Assembly: GCA_963849325.1 (NCBI GenBank)
Contig: CAWKHF010000012.1
Location: 768,001-832,000, forward strand
Source of the DNA: an uncultured Planctomycetota bacterium
Lineage (GTDB): Bacteria; Planctomycetota; Planctomycetia; Gemmatales; Gemmataceae
Length of the DNA: 64,000 nt
Reading direction: 5' to 3'
In this document: piece by piece, positions 44,126 through 54,607 of the stretch
Position numbering within the stretch: position 1 is the first letter of the stretch
Layout: the number at the start of each line of letters is the position of its first letter
Notes under the pieces: generated by a model
Database searches by the model: none
Seen by the model: only the letters and a program-made list of their open reading frames with translations
What the model was told of the DNA's origin: nothing
Position numbers and translations under genes: made by a program

Positions 44126-44540
44126 CTAGGTGATTTGCCCCGCCTTGCAGGCGGCGGCCTCGCGGATCAGTTCGCGCAGGCTGGCATCCTCGATGCGCGA
44201 TAGGGTTTGGGAGACGTTCGAGCCAGCAGCGCTGGCGGAAACCACTTTCCGGCCAGTCCTCGGCCATGTCGGTCACGTTCATGAGGAAGACAGTGACGTG
44301 GCAGGTGAAGCCGGCCTTCTCGTAGAAGTAGCTGCCCAGCGGGTCCGGCTGGAGAACGCCGACGAGGCCGGCCTCTTCCCAGGCTTCTTGCAGGGCGATC
44401 TCGGCCAACGTCTTGCCCGGCTCCATGCAGCCCTTGGGCACCACCCAGCGCTTGCCGCTGCGCGACGACACCACGCAAATCTGACCGCCGTTGAGCGGGA
44501 TAACGCCGGCTTGCCGGATGACGTTGGAAGCGGTTGGCAT
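44126..44540 (-). CDS. NUDIX hydrolase (frameshift ~44220)
   Basis: WVVPKG..EPGKTLAEIALQEAWEEAG Nudix box; EDWPE. Confidence 0.88.
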
Positions 44541-44737
44541 GAGAGACCCCACGAGACCAGTAGATCCATCCTAGCGTAGCATGTCGCAAACAGGCGGAGT
44601 CCGTCAAGCACGGTTTGGCCTTTTTCGCACGATCTCCACACGTCCCGAGCCGTTCGTTCCGAATTCCTCCGCTGGTGGCAATCCCAGGGCCATGTTATAA
44701 CGAGGGAGGGGAGGGGCTGTGGGGAGAATGAGCCATC

Positions 44738-46006
44738 ATGGCGACCGGCAGCGAATCGGCCGAGACCATTCTGATCGTCGATGATGAAGAGCCGGTTCGC
44801 CGGACCTTCCGCGAATGGCTGGAAGGGGCCAACCTCGGCTGCCGCATCCTGGCCGCGGCCGACGCCGAAGCGGCCCTGGTCCAGGCCAATCAGCACAGCA
44901 TCGATCTCGCCATCCTCGACTGGAACCTGGGGGCCGGCAACGACGGCCTGCGCCTGCTCGAAGACCTGACGCTGTTCAACCCCGACGTGGTCGCCATCAT
45001 GATAACCGGCTTCGCCCACCAGGCGACGCCGCTGCAGGCCATGCGCATGGGCGTGCGCGACTACCTGGACAAGAACCAGGATCTCGACCGCACCACGTTC
45101 GTCAAGGCCGTGCGCCGCCAACTCGACCGCATCCGTCCGGCCCGGCGCGCGCGGCGTCTGCACCAGGGACTGGTCGCCTTCCGTTCCGCCGTCGAGAAGG
45201 TGTTGCCGCTGGTCCAGGCGGCGGCGGCGCTGCACGACCCGGTGCCGCTGCCGGCGGCGGTCGGCAATCTGTTCCGCTTTCTGCTGCGGACGACCGGCGC
45301 CCGCGACGGCGTATTGCTCGTGCGCAGCTACGATGCGGATCGTCAGCCCGCCGAAGTCTGCCGCGTCTATGACACGGACGGTCGGTTGCTCGACGTGCCG
45401 CTGGCGCCTTTCGCGCTCGCTGGCCGGCAGTGCCGCCAGTATGCAGAAGCCCTGCCTCATGGAACGGCCGGACCAGGTGGCGACGACGGGCAACCTGGAG
45501 CTGCAACCCTTCGAGCGCGGCCGGCATTCGGTGCTGGCCGCTCCGCTGAGCGTGGCTCCCGGCTTGCAGGCCGTGCTGGAGTTGTTCGACAAACCGTCGG
45601 GTCCGGGCCGTGAGGACGGCTTCACAGAGTCCGACCGCCAGCTGGCCGCGGCCGCCGCCGACTTCGGCACGGAGATGCTGCGCCAGGCGCTGGCCGAGCG
45701 GCAAATGCACCGCGTTCTGTTCGACGCCGTCGAGGCCGCCCTCGGCGCCAGCGATTCGATGGCCGAATCGTTGCACGGCTCGTCGCCGCGCCGGAAGATC
45801 CGCCGCCGGCCGCCGTCCTGGCGCAGCTGCGCGAGGGGTTGGACGCGACCGCCGATCCCGTCGATGCCGACGCGACGCTGCGCCTGGCCGAGGCCATCCG
45901 CGTCCTGGCTGTCCGCCACGGTCCTTCTGCCGTCGCTCACTGCGTTCAGCTGGTGGAGAGCCTGCGCCGGCTGCTCGACGACCTGACCGGGGAGACGCGG
46001 CCGTGA
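44738..46006 (+). CDS. response regulator receiver + GAF-like + helical C-terminal domain (frameshifts ~45412, ~45792)
   Basis: ILIVDDEE, AILDWNL, MITGFA, YLDK; SVLAAPL..VLELFDK..GFTESD; GTGA overlap with the next gene. Confidence 0.82.
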
Positions 46007-46845
46007 TCGATCCGCCGGCCGACCGGGCAGCCGACGACGTCTTCGCCGACGTGTTCGCCCTGTTGACTCCCGAGCGCCTGCTGCACCACCCCCGCGCCAC
46101 CGGCGAGGGTGTTTCCGTCTGCATCCTCGACAGCGGCGTCGAGCGCGCCCTGCTGGAAGAGAAGTTTCGCCGGCAAGGACAAACTCTCCAGCCCATCGAA
46201 GGCGGCGTCTTCACCATCGACCGCCCCGAACCCTTGCCCTACGACGGCCGCCAGAGCACGCCGCACGGCACGACGGTCGCTGACATCCTGTTGACACTGG
46301 CCCCGCGCGTCCGTCTGTATTCCGCCGACGTCTTCGGCCCGCAAGGGACGTGCGAGGTGGAAGTCGTCATCCGCGCCCTGCGCTGGGCGATGGACGTGTG
46401 GCACTGCAAGGTCATCAACCTGTCGCTGGGCGTGCCGGAGCAGCGCATGCAGCAGGTGCAGCGCCGCCAGCAATTGCTGCGCACCATCGAGGAAGCCTAC
46501 TACAAGGACGTGCTCGTTTTCGCCGCCGCCCACAACGAACATCCGCTGATGCGCAGCTTTCCCGCCGCGTTCGCGCCGCCCTTGTTGTCGGTGGACAAGG
46601 CGCTGTTCGACGATCCGCTCGACTTCGCCTATCACCTCAGCGAGCCGATCGAGTTTCAGGCGCACGGCCGCGGCTACCTCGGCCCGTTCGCCGCCGAGCC
46701 GGCGACGAGTTGGGCCGCTCCGCACCTCGCCGGCATCGCTTCCCGCATCCTGTCGCTGCGGCCGAACCTGAAACCATTTGAGATGAAAACGATCTTGTAC
46801 TGGATGTTTCAGACGAGACGTAATTCTTCCGAGCCGAAAGCGTAA
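46003..46845 (+). CDS. S8 subtilisin-like serine peptidase, no signal peptide
   Basis: ILDSG (Asp), PHGTTVA (His), VINLSLG, AAAHN (oxyanion), ATSWAAPHLAG (Ser). Confidence 0.9.
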   Translation: MIDPPADRAADDVFADVFALLTPERLLHHPRATGEGVSVCILDSGVERALLEEKFRRQGQTLQPIEGGVFTIDRPEPLPYDGRQSTPHGTTVADILLTLAPRVRLYSADVFGPQGTCEVEVVIRALRWAMDVWHCKVINLSLGVPEQRMQQVQRRQQLLRTIEEAYYKDVLVFAAAHNEHPLMRSFPAAFAPPLLSVDKALFDDPLDFAYHLSEPIEFQAHGRGYLGPFAAEPATSWAAPHLAGIASRILSLRPNLKPFEMKTILYWMFQTRRNSSEPKA

Positions 46846-46852
46846 GCGAAGG
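46828..46852. repeat. half copy (left arm) of family A repeat containing the S8 stop codon
   Basis: TCCGAGCCGAAAGCGTAAGCGAAGG. Confidence 0.75.
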
Positions 46853-47046
46853 CTGCCATGCCCGGCCACGAATGGATTAAGGTTTTGTCGTTTGTGGATG
46901 CCAGCGATGCTGGCGGAGAGAGTGCGGCGCCGTTATAGTTGGGAGGTATTTGATTAACGCCTAGGTTGCCTCGGCGCACGCCGAAGCAGGGGCTTAGGGC
47001 GTGCCGGCACTCTCGAAAAAAGAGTTCGGCGAAGGAGGGCAGGCTA

Positions 47047-47614
47047 ATGGCGGAAGTCCTCGAAGACCTACGGACGTTCGTCGCGTACCGGATGCGAGAA
47101 GGCTTCGAGTCTGTCCACGAGATCATCGAGAATGCCACCGACTATGCCCTCGAGAAGCACGAACGCGATGATTTGCAGCCGCAGATCAAGCGGATCACAG
47201 CCGAGTTGCTCGCGGCGCACCAGGCCGAACAGGCTGCGTGGGAGGGACCGACGGACTGCGACCGCTTGGACGAGGCATTCGCTGCTCTCAACCGGCAGGG
47301 CATCGTGGCGAGGCAAGACTTCACTGCTGCAACATCTGCGGATTCACCGAGATTTGGGATGAGGTCGAGGAAAGGAGATGCGCCAGCCCATCGAAGGGTA
47401 CGTCTTCTACCATCTGCAAGCAACCGAGACCGCTATCGAGTCGGGGCGGCTCCTAATGGGCTACGGGTGTGTGGAGGAGAACGCGGCAACCTTCGTCCGG
47501 GTCGCCAACAAGATCGTTGCCGAACTCCGCCGCGTCGGCCTCAACGCGTCCTGGAAAGGGACAGCCTATCATCCGATCGTGGTTGATGGCATCGTCTGGC
47601 GTCGGCGGAGATAG
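47047..47614 (+). CDS. DUF6891-like protein (frameshifts ~47323, ~47373)
   Basis: WEGPTDCDRLDEAFAAL..GIVARQDFTCC..CG, GYVFYH.Q, LLMGYG, WKG. Confidence 0.72.
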
Positions 47615-47746
47615 CAAGAATGTCGAACCAACCACTGCATCTGACCGAGGATCCCAGTGTGCAGCCGGGTGGGTGCAGACTACTGAGTCGTGGCACCACA
47701 ACCCTTGGACCAAGGAAACATTTGTCTTGCTCCGCATTGATGAATA

Positions 47747-47902
47747 CGAGCGGTATACGGCTCCGGCCGCTGGCGTAAGCGGAAGGGCATCGCCCTCGTC
47801 CGCCTCGCCGATGGGAGCGTCTGCAAGGCGGAGGTCCACTGGTATGAGGCCCACGGTATCGGGCGAAAAGAACTCAAGATCAAGCAATTTCTGGATGGAT
47901 AA
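47747..47902 (+). pseudogene. 5'-truncated HWYEAHGIG-motif protein remnant
   Basis: RAVYGSGRWRKRKGIALVRLADGSVCKAEVHWYEAHGIGRKELKIKQFLDG* with an in-frame stop upstream and no start codon. Confidence 0.65.
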
Positions 47903-47904
47903 CT

Positions 47905-48138
47905 ATGGCCAAGCGACCTTCGAGCCAGCAGTTCCTGCTCTGCGTCAAGAATGACGCCTATCCCGCCTCGCTTGAGGTGCGGAAGGTCTACCGCGCCTTA
48001 CCCGACGCGGCGGCCGCGCTCAAGGGGTTCGTGCGGGTGGTCGATGAATCGGGGGAAGATTACCTGTACCCGGCAGACCACTTTGTCGCCATCGATCTTC
48101 CGCAAGCTGCTGTCGATGCCCTGCTTGCAGTCTCTTAA
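47905..48138 (+). CDS. small conserved hypothetical protein (DESGEDYLYP motif)
   Basis: LCVKN..YPASLEVRKVY...VVDESGEDYLYP; starts 2 nt after the remnant's stop. Confidence 0.75.
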   Translation: MAKRPSSQQFLLCVKNDAYPASLEVRKVYRALPDAAAALKGFVRVVDESGEDYLYPADHFVAIDLPQAAVDALLAVS

Positions 48139-48221
48139 GGGCCGAATCAGTCGTCGCAGCAGACCGGCTGCGCGGGAAGAAGCGACCTGCCGTAAAGCGG
48201 CGCTGGGGCTGCGGTGAGCAC

Positions 48222-48782
48222 TTACCGCCGGCGCATGCAGCGCGGACGATCGAAGATTTCGCGCAGAACGAAGGCCGTGCCGGCCGTCTGCGGTTTGCTC
48301 AGCAGAGAACGCACCTGTTGCACGATTGGCGAAGGGCGCGTGTCGCGTGTGGTCGTGGGAGTGATCGGCGGGGGTTCGGCGGAGGGCTGCACGCGCGGCG
48401 CGACGAGTACGGCCTCCGGCATCGCCGCTTCGGCGACGGGTATGGCGGCCGGGATCTGTTCGCGGCGAACGGCGGGGGCCGAGCGGGGCGGCGCCTCGCG
48501 CGGCCGAGAGGGACGTTCCCTCAGAGGGGGGCGCGAGATCGTGGCTTGGGGCGGCGGCGGCGCGGCAGGAACTTTGCGTCTCTCCTCCGTCTCGCGGCGT
48601 TGCCGCGCTTCTTCGAGAAAGCGTTCGAGGTCCGTCACCGGACGCCGTGCCGGCGTGCGTCCCGAGGAAACGCCGGGACGGCGAACGCCTTTCTTCGCGC
48701 GCTCGTCCTCGCCCTTGAAGAGCGTGCCGAGGATCCACACGCCCAGAGCGATCAACGGGATAATCAGGATTTCCCAGTGCAT
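48222..48782 (-). CDS. membrane-anchored hypothetical protein (YqfB-like position, downstream of floA)
   Basis: N-terminal TM, Pro-rich linker, C-terminal AFVLREIFDRP. Confidence 0.7.
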   Translation of the reverse strand: MHWEILIIPLIALGVWILGTLFKGEDERAKKGVRRPGVSSGRTPARRPVTDLERFLEEARQRRETEERRKVPAAPPPPQATISRPPLRERPSRPREAPPRSAPAVRREQIPAAIPVAEAAMPEAVLVAPRVQPSAEPPPITPTTTRDTRPSPIVQQVRSLLSKPQTAGTAFVLREIFDRPRCMRRR

Positions 48783-48794
48783 GCGCCGCTCCGC

Positions 48795-49858
48795 TCAGGT
48801 GACATTGCGATCGCCTCGGTCGTTGTTGCCGCTGCCGCTGATGGCGTTGCGCATTTGCGTGTCCGCTTGCAGGTTCTTCAGGCTGTAGTAGTCCATGACG
48901 CCGAGATGGCCATCAAGGAACGCCTGCGAGAGGCGCGCGGCACCTCGGCCTCGGCGAGCACGACCTGAGCGCGATTCTCCTCGACCTTGGCTCGCATCTC
49001 CTGCTCCAGGGCCACGGCCAGGGCGCGGCGCTTCTCGGCGTTGGCTTGAGCCACGCGCAGGTCCGCCGCCGCCTGATCGGCTTGCAAGTTGGCGCCGATG
49101 TTTGCCCCCACGTCGATCTCGGCCACGTCGATGGACACGATCTCGAAGGCCGTCTGCGAATCGAGCGAGTTGCGCAGCACCGCTTGCGAGATGAGATTGG
49201 GATTGGCCAACACGTCGGTGTGGTGCTCGGCGCTGCCGATGGCCTTGACGATGCCTTCGCCGACGCGGGCGATGATGGTCTCCTCGGTGGCGCCGCCGAC
49301 GAGGCGGTCGAGCTTGGTCCGCACCGTGACGCGCGCGCGGGCCTTGAGCTGGATGCCGTTCTTGCACACGCCGTCGAGGGTGCCGCGGCCCTTGGTCGGG
49401 TCGGGGCAGTCGATCACCTTGGGATCGACGCTGCGTTTGACGGCTTCGAGGATGTCGCGGCCAGCGAGGTCGATGGCGGCGGCGACGCTCCAGCGCAGGT
49501 CCATGCCGGCCTTGTGGGCGGCGATGACGGCGCCGGCCACGCGCTGCACATTGCCGCGCGACAGGTAATGCGCCTCCATCTCCTGCGTGGACACCTTGAC
49601 GCCCGCCTGCACCAGCGCGATCTTCTGCCGCACGATCATCGCATAATCCACCTTGCACAGCTTCATGCGGATCATGTCGAGGATGCCGATACGCGCTCCG
49701 GTCAAGAGGCACTGAATCCACAGCTGCACGAAGCTGAAAAAGACGAAGAGCACGGCCAGGCCGGCGAGGGCGCCGATGATGAGGACGATCACCAGCCACT
49801 GGTTATCGGCCAGTATCCCTTGTTTCTGCTGGGCCTCGGCCAATAAAAAAGTTCCCAT
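48795..49858 (-). CDS. floA: flotillin-like protein FloA/YqfA (frameshift ~48935)
   Basis: [63 protein letters not shown]. Confidence 0.92.
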
Positions 49859-49892
49859 ACGCATCTCCCGCGAAGCCGCAAGCGGCCGCGCT

Positions 49893-50426
49893 TTAGTTGA
49901 AAATGGCTGTTTCCAGATCGCCAAGGTCCGGTTTATCGATGGGCCGGACCACGACTCGGCCCGCCCGCACATCAATGCAGCGCACCAGTTGGCCCGGATC
50001 GACCATCATCCCTTCCGTGACGGTGTCGATGCGTCGGCCGTCGAAATCGACCATGCCGGCCGGCCGCAGGGCGGACAGCGTGCGGCCGATGCGTCCCTTG
50101 AGCTGCTCCAACTCCTGGTTGATCGGCAGAGCTGCGACTGTCGCATCCTCCGGCTGTTCGGTCAAGAAAAAATGTCGGCCCACCGGCGTCCGCGGCCACA
50201 GGTAGAGCAGAAACCGCACCGTGGCCGGCAGGGCGATGAAGACGGCGATCGAGGTCACCACGCCCACGGCGGCGCCGCCGCCGAAGTACGTCAGGATGAC
50301 GCCGGCGACGATGGCGGCCAGCGACAGCGCGGCCAGCACTCCGCTGGTCAGGAACAGGTCGCCAGCCAGCAGCAGGAAACCCGCGCCGATGAGAAGAAAG
50401 CCCAGGATCAACGGGTTGGAATCCAT
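49893..50426 (-). CDS. NfeD-like membrane protein (short, OB-fold)
   Basis: Three TM helices, then [15 protein letters not shown]. Confidence 0.85.
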   Translation of the reverse strand: MDSNPLILGFLLIGAGFLLLAGDLFLTSGVLAALSLAAIVAGVILTYFGGGAAVGVVTSIAVFIALPATVRFLLYLWPRTPVGRHFFLTEQPEDATVAALPINQELEQLKGRIGRTLSALRPAGMVDFDGRRIDTVTEGMMVDPGQLVRCIDVRAGRVVVRPIDKPDLGDLETAIFN

Positions 50427-50435
50427 GCGACCTTC

Positions 50436-52669
50436 TCACACTTCCTTGACGACAACACGGTTGCCTTCAATCTCGACGACCTGGACGCGCATGCCGGGCA
50501 GGACGTAGCTGCCCTCGGCGACGACATCGACGAAGTCGTCGCCGAAGCGCACCTTGCCGGCCGGCCGCAACGGCGTCGCCGCCACGCCGATGGCGCCCAA
50601 CAAGGCCGCCATCTCCGGGTGGATCGACTCGGGTAGCTCCGCGCCGTCTTCGCCGGCCTCATCGTGAGGCTTGAGGATCAGGCGGTTGACGTAGGGGAGG
50701 TGCGGCAGGTAACGCGCCAGTACGAACGCCGTCACCAGCGCCCCAGCAGGCTGATGGTGAAGGGACCCAGCGCCTGGCCATAGCCGATCCACTCCTCGTT
50801 GCTGCGCGGCCAGTGGCCGTAAGCGACCAGGCCGATGCTGCCCAGGACCAGCACAATGCCGCTGATGCCGGTGACGCCGAAGCCGGGAATGACGAAGATT
50901 TCCAGCCCGATCAGCAACAGCCCCAGCAGAAACAGCAGGAACGCCAGCCAGATGATTTGCCCGCTCACCTGCGAATGCGACCAGAAGAAGAGCAGGAAAC
51001 AGACCGCCGAGACGATGCCGGGCAGACCGGCGCCGGGCATCTTCAGCTCCAGGATCAGGCAGGTGATGCCCAGCATGACGAGCACCACGCTGGTCCACGG
51101 GTCCTTGAGGAAATCGACAAGACCATCCAGCCAGTCGGAGTCGGCGGCGCGGACGTCGGCGGGACTGATACCCTCCAGCTCGCACACCTCCTCGAAGTTG
51201 GCAACCACATCGCGGGCCACGCCCACGTCGCGGGCCTGCTCCGCCGTCAGCGTGAGGCAGCGCCCCTCTTCCTTTTCGTTCGCCGGTTTGACGATGCCGA
51301 CGCTGCGCCAGCGCTGCTCACCCTGCTGGTCGGCCTTCAGCTCCGCCTCGCTGAGGAATTGGCGCGCACTCTCCTCCTTGACGCTTTCGACGGCGACGAT
51401 GCGGAGATCGCGGTCGAGCATTCCCTCGGCGAGGAGGACCGGATAATGCTTCTTGGCCGCGATCTCGGCGAGATTGCGGCGAAGGGTCGGTCCCAGTCCC
51501 GGATGTTCCTGCAAGTAGCGGTCGAAACCGCCGAGGCGAGCGCCCTTCTGAACGACCTGTCCGCCCTGCTGGATCTCGCGCTGCATGACGATCTTGTTGC
51601 AGGCGAAGGCGAGGAAGGCGGCGGTATTGTCGGCGGCGGCGGTGACGTAGGCGACCGTCTCGACCGGCTCGCGCCGGTTGTCGTTAATCTCGGTCAGGAA
51701 CACGGCCAGCTCATGAGCGGCCTGGCTTTCGCCGTCGCCACAGGCCAGCTCCAAGATGAGCAGGTTGGCCTTCTGCCCCAGCGCCTTGCGGATGCGACGT
51801 TTCACCTTCTCCTTCAACTCGCCGGTGATCGGGCCGGAGACGACGATGCGCCAGGCGACGACGTGGTCCAGCGCTGGATACAGACTGGAGGGCGGCAGGT
51901 GGTAGCGCTGGCGAACCTCGTCGATACGGTTGCGGGCGATGGGCTGGCACAGGCCCAGGTCACGGGCCTGGATGAACGAATACAACGCCGTCTCACCGGG
52001 TCCAAGACCGGACACCGGTTCGCCTCGGGGGCGCTGCTTGTCGTGGCCATCGCGGTAGCCGCCGTCGCGCGTCTTGATGACCTCGACGTTCTTGTCGTAC
52101 ATCTTGCGAATGAGGACCGGCGGATAGCGCTTGCTGGGTAGCTTGTCGTAGGCTTCGCGGTCGAGTTCTTCCAGCGGCCGATCGCCCTCGGCGATTTTGC
52201 CGAGCTGGGCCGACGGCTCCTGCGACAGGATGATCTCGGAGCAGGCCAGCACCGGCAGCACGGCATGGCGCGTCACCTTGCCGTGAACGAAGGCGATGAC
52301 CTGGACACCTTGTTTCTTTTGCAGATCGCGCAGGTAGCGGGCCAGGGTCAGGCAGGCGCCGAAGTCGTCGCTGGCGTTGGCGCGGTTGTCGGGGTTGAAG
52401 TCGCACAGCAGGTAGAAGCCGCCGACGTTTTTCGGATTGCGGTTACGTTCGTCCTCGTAGCGGCGCAGCGGCCCATAGACGGCGCTGCGCAGCCGGCTCG
52501 TGGCCTCGGTGGTGACGACCGAGGGAATGGGCGCGACGAGTCCGGCGTTGGGGCGTTCCTCGGCCGGCAGGGAGCCGGGCAGGAGCAGGGCCAGCAGGAG
52601 GGCGGCCGCCAGGGTCAGCCATCCGGCCTCTCTCGCCTGCGCTTCCGGTTCGCGGAGTGTGGCGGTCAT
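50436..52669 (-). CDS. long NfeD family protein (ClpP/crotonase-like + TM + OB) (frameshift ~50742)
   Basis: Signal peptide; LTLTAEQA..GVA, ELKMPG.G, LEIFVIPGFGVTG, TPLRPAGK. Confidence 0.88.
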
Positions 52670-52949
52670 GTCGGCACCTCACCGCGGGGAGCCTGTTGGC
52701 GGAGACGCATCGGCAGGGCCCACGGTCCCTGTGCGGAAATGGGCATCGATACCCGAGTCTACGTTGTGATTATAGATGGCGGCGCGAAAGGGTGTCAAAG
52801 GATTGCCCTCGTGGTCGTGGATGGCTCCCGATAAGTGATTCGTCGGCGGCGCCTCGATGTTTCGGGAAAAGCCTGGCGCTGGACCGGCGCCCTTCCGTGG
52901 CCCATACTTGATCCACGGTCTTCTTCTCGACCCGCCGGGAGCTATCTCC

Positions 52950-54444
52950 ATGCCCTTTACTCTGGTCTTGCTGCTTGGCAGCGCCGTCGTGGCGGCGCCG
53001 GTTGCGAACCTCGATTTCGCCGACGGTCGCCGGACCCACTGGACCGGAGAAGGGTTCTACGTCACGACGGGAACGAGCAGCGGCCCGAGCTTGCGTTGCG
53101 GTGTATGCAGCAGCGACGTGGGGACGAACGGACGCACGGCCCTGTTGCACCGGACGTTCGTGGTGCCGCCGGGAGCGGGGGCGATCACCTTCAAGGCCGC
53201 CGCGGTGCGTCCGGCCGGCGTCGCATCCGACAAGCCACTGGAGATAACGCTCGAAGCGGCAGGCGGCCGTTACATCCCGCGCCAGGTGCGCGAAGGCAAC
53301 GGCTGGCGCTCGGCGCCGCATCTGCTGCCCGGACACAACGGCCGACCGCACGAATACCTCTGGCCCGTCGAGGATCTGATTGGCCAGCCGGTGCGCATCG
53401 TCCTGCACGACGCCGACGATCGGCCCGGCTGCTACGTTTTTTGCACCGGCTTTCGCATGGTGTCGGCCGACGAGTGGAACGGCCGCGCCTTCGCCGCCCA
53501 CATGATCCGTCTGGAACGCACGCACCATCTGGCGCCGATGGCGCGGCTGGACAGCAAGCACTTCCGCGCCATCAGCAACGCGGCCGAGGAGTACACCGAG
53601 GAGCGTTTGTACAACTGCGAGACCATCTACGCCGTGTTCTTCACTCACTTCCGCAAGAAGGGCTTCAAGGTACGCGAACCCGGCTCGCGCCTGATGGCGG
53701 CCATCTTCGACTCGCAGGCCGGCTTCGAGGCGTACCTCGGCCAACCCATGCCGTCCACGACGACCGGCATCTATCACCCGCCCAGCAATCGCCTGGTGGT
53801 CTACGACTACGCGCGGAACCGTTCCTTCGTCGCCGGCAAAAAGAAGGGCGAACAGCTGGCGGGGCAACTGGGGACGCCGCTGGATCGGCAACGTTTCAGC
53901 GGCAGTTTCAGCCGCTTCGCCCAGGCTCGCCGCGCCGACGCCAACGTCGGCACCATCATGCACGAGGTCGCGCATCAACTCTCGTTCAACAGCGGCCTTC
54001 TCAACCGCGACGGCGATGTGCCGCTGTGGTTGGCGGAGGGGCTGGCCTGCTACTGCGAGGCGACGGCCAACGGTTCGTGGCAGGGCATCGGCGAGCCGAA
54101 CGCTCAGCGCGCCGGCACCCTGGCCGGGCCGGCACGCGGCAACGGTCCTTTCCTTCCGCTGCGAGATCTGCTGACCAGCGACAACTGGATGCGCAAGGCC
54201 CCCAGCGTGCAACAGGTGCTACTGGGTTACGCCCAGAGTTGGGCCTTGTTCCGCATGCTCATGGAGCAGCGGCCGCGGCACCCTGCGCAATTACCTGGCT
54301 CTCATCTACTCGCGTCGGACGCCGGAGCAGCGTTTGGCGGACTGGGGCCAGGTCTTCGGGACCGACCTGGCTACCTGGGAGAAGCAGTATCAGGATTACA
54401 TGCGACAACTCGTCCGCCACGAAGTGCGAATCCCTCCTCGTTAG
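52950..54444 (+). CDS. DUF1570 domain protein (HEXXH metallopeptidase-like) (frameshift ~54280)
   Basis: Signal peptide; GIYHPPSNR, TIMHEVAHQLSFNSG, PLWLAEGLA, YAQSWAL. Confidence 0.85.
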
Positions 54445-54464
54445 TCCCGCAACAGGAAAATACC

Positions 54465-54516
54465 AGCCGCGAGCGCCAGCGAGCGGGATTGCCTCCGCTC
54501 GCTGGCGCTCGCGGCT
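54465..54516. repeat. REP-like palindrome (AGCCGCGAGCGCCAGCGAGCGG)
   Basis: 22-bp perfect arms; family A-related. Confidence 0.85.
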
Positions 54517-54537
54517 CGTTGGGGGACATAGTCCGTG

Positions 54538-54553
54538 CGGCATCGGAATTGCA
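54538..54553 (+). promoter_or_regulatory. possible sigma54 promoter
   Basis: CGGCATC-GGAA-TTGCA, GG-N10-GC spacing, ~55 nt before the GH15 ATG. Confidence 0.5.
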
Positions 54554-54607
54554 CTTTCGCCGCTTGAGCTTGGGTGGGGTGTTCGCCGACTGCTGCGGGA
54601 GAAGGCC

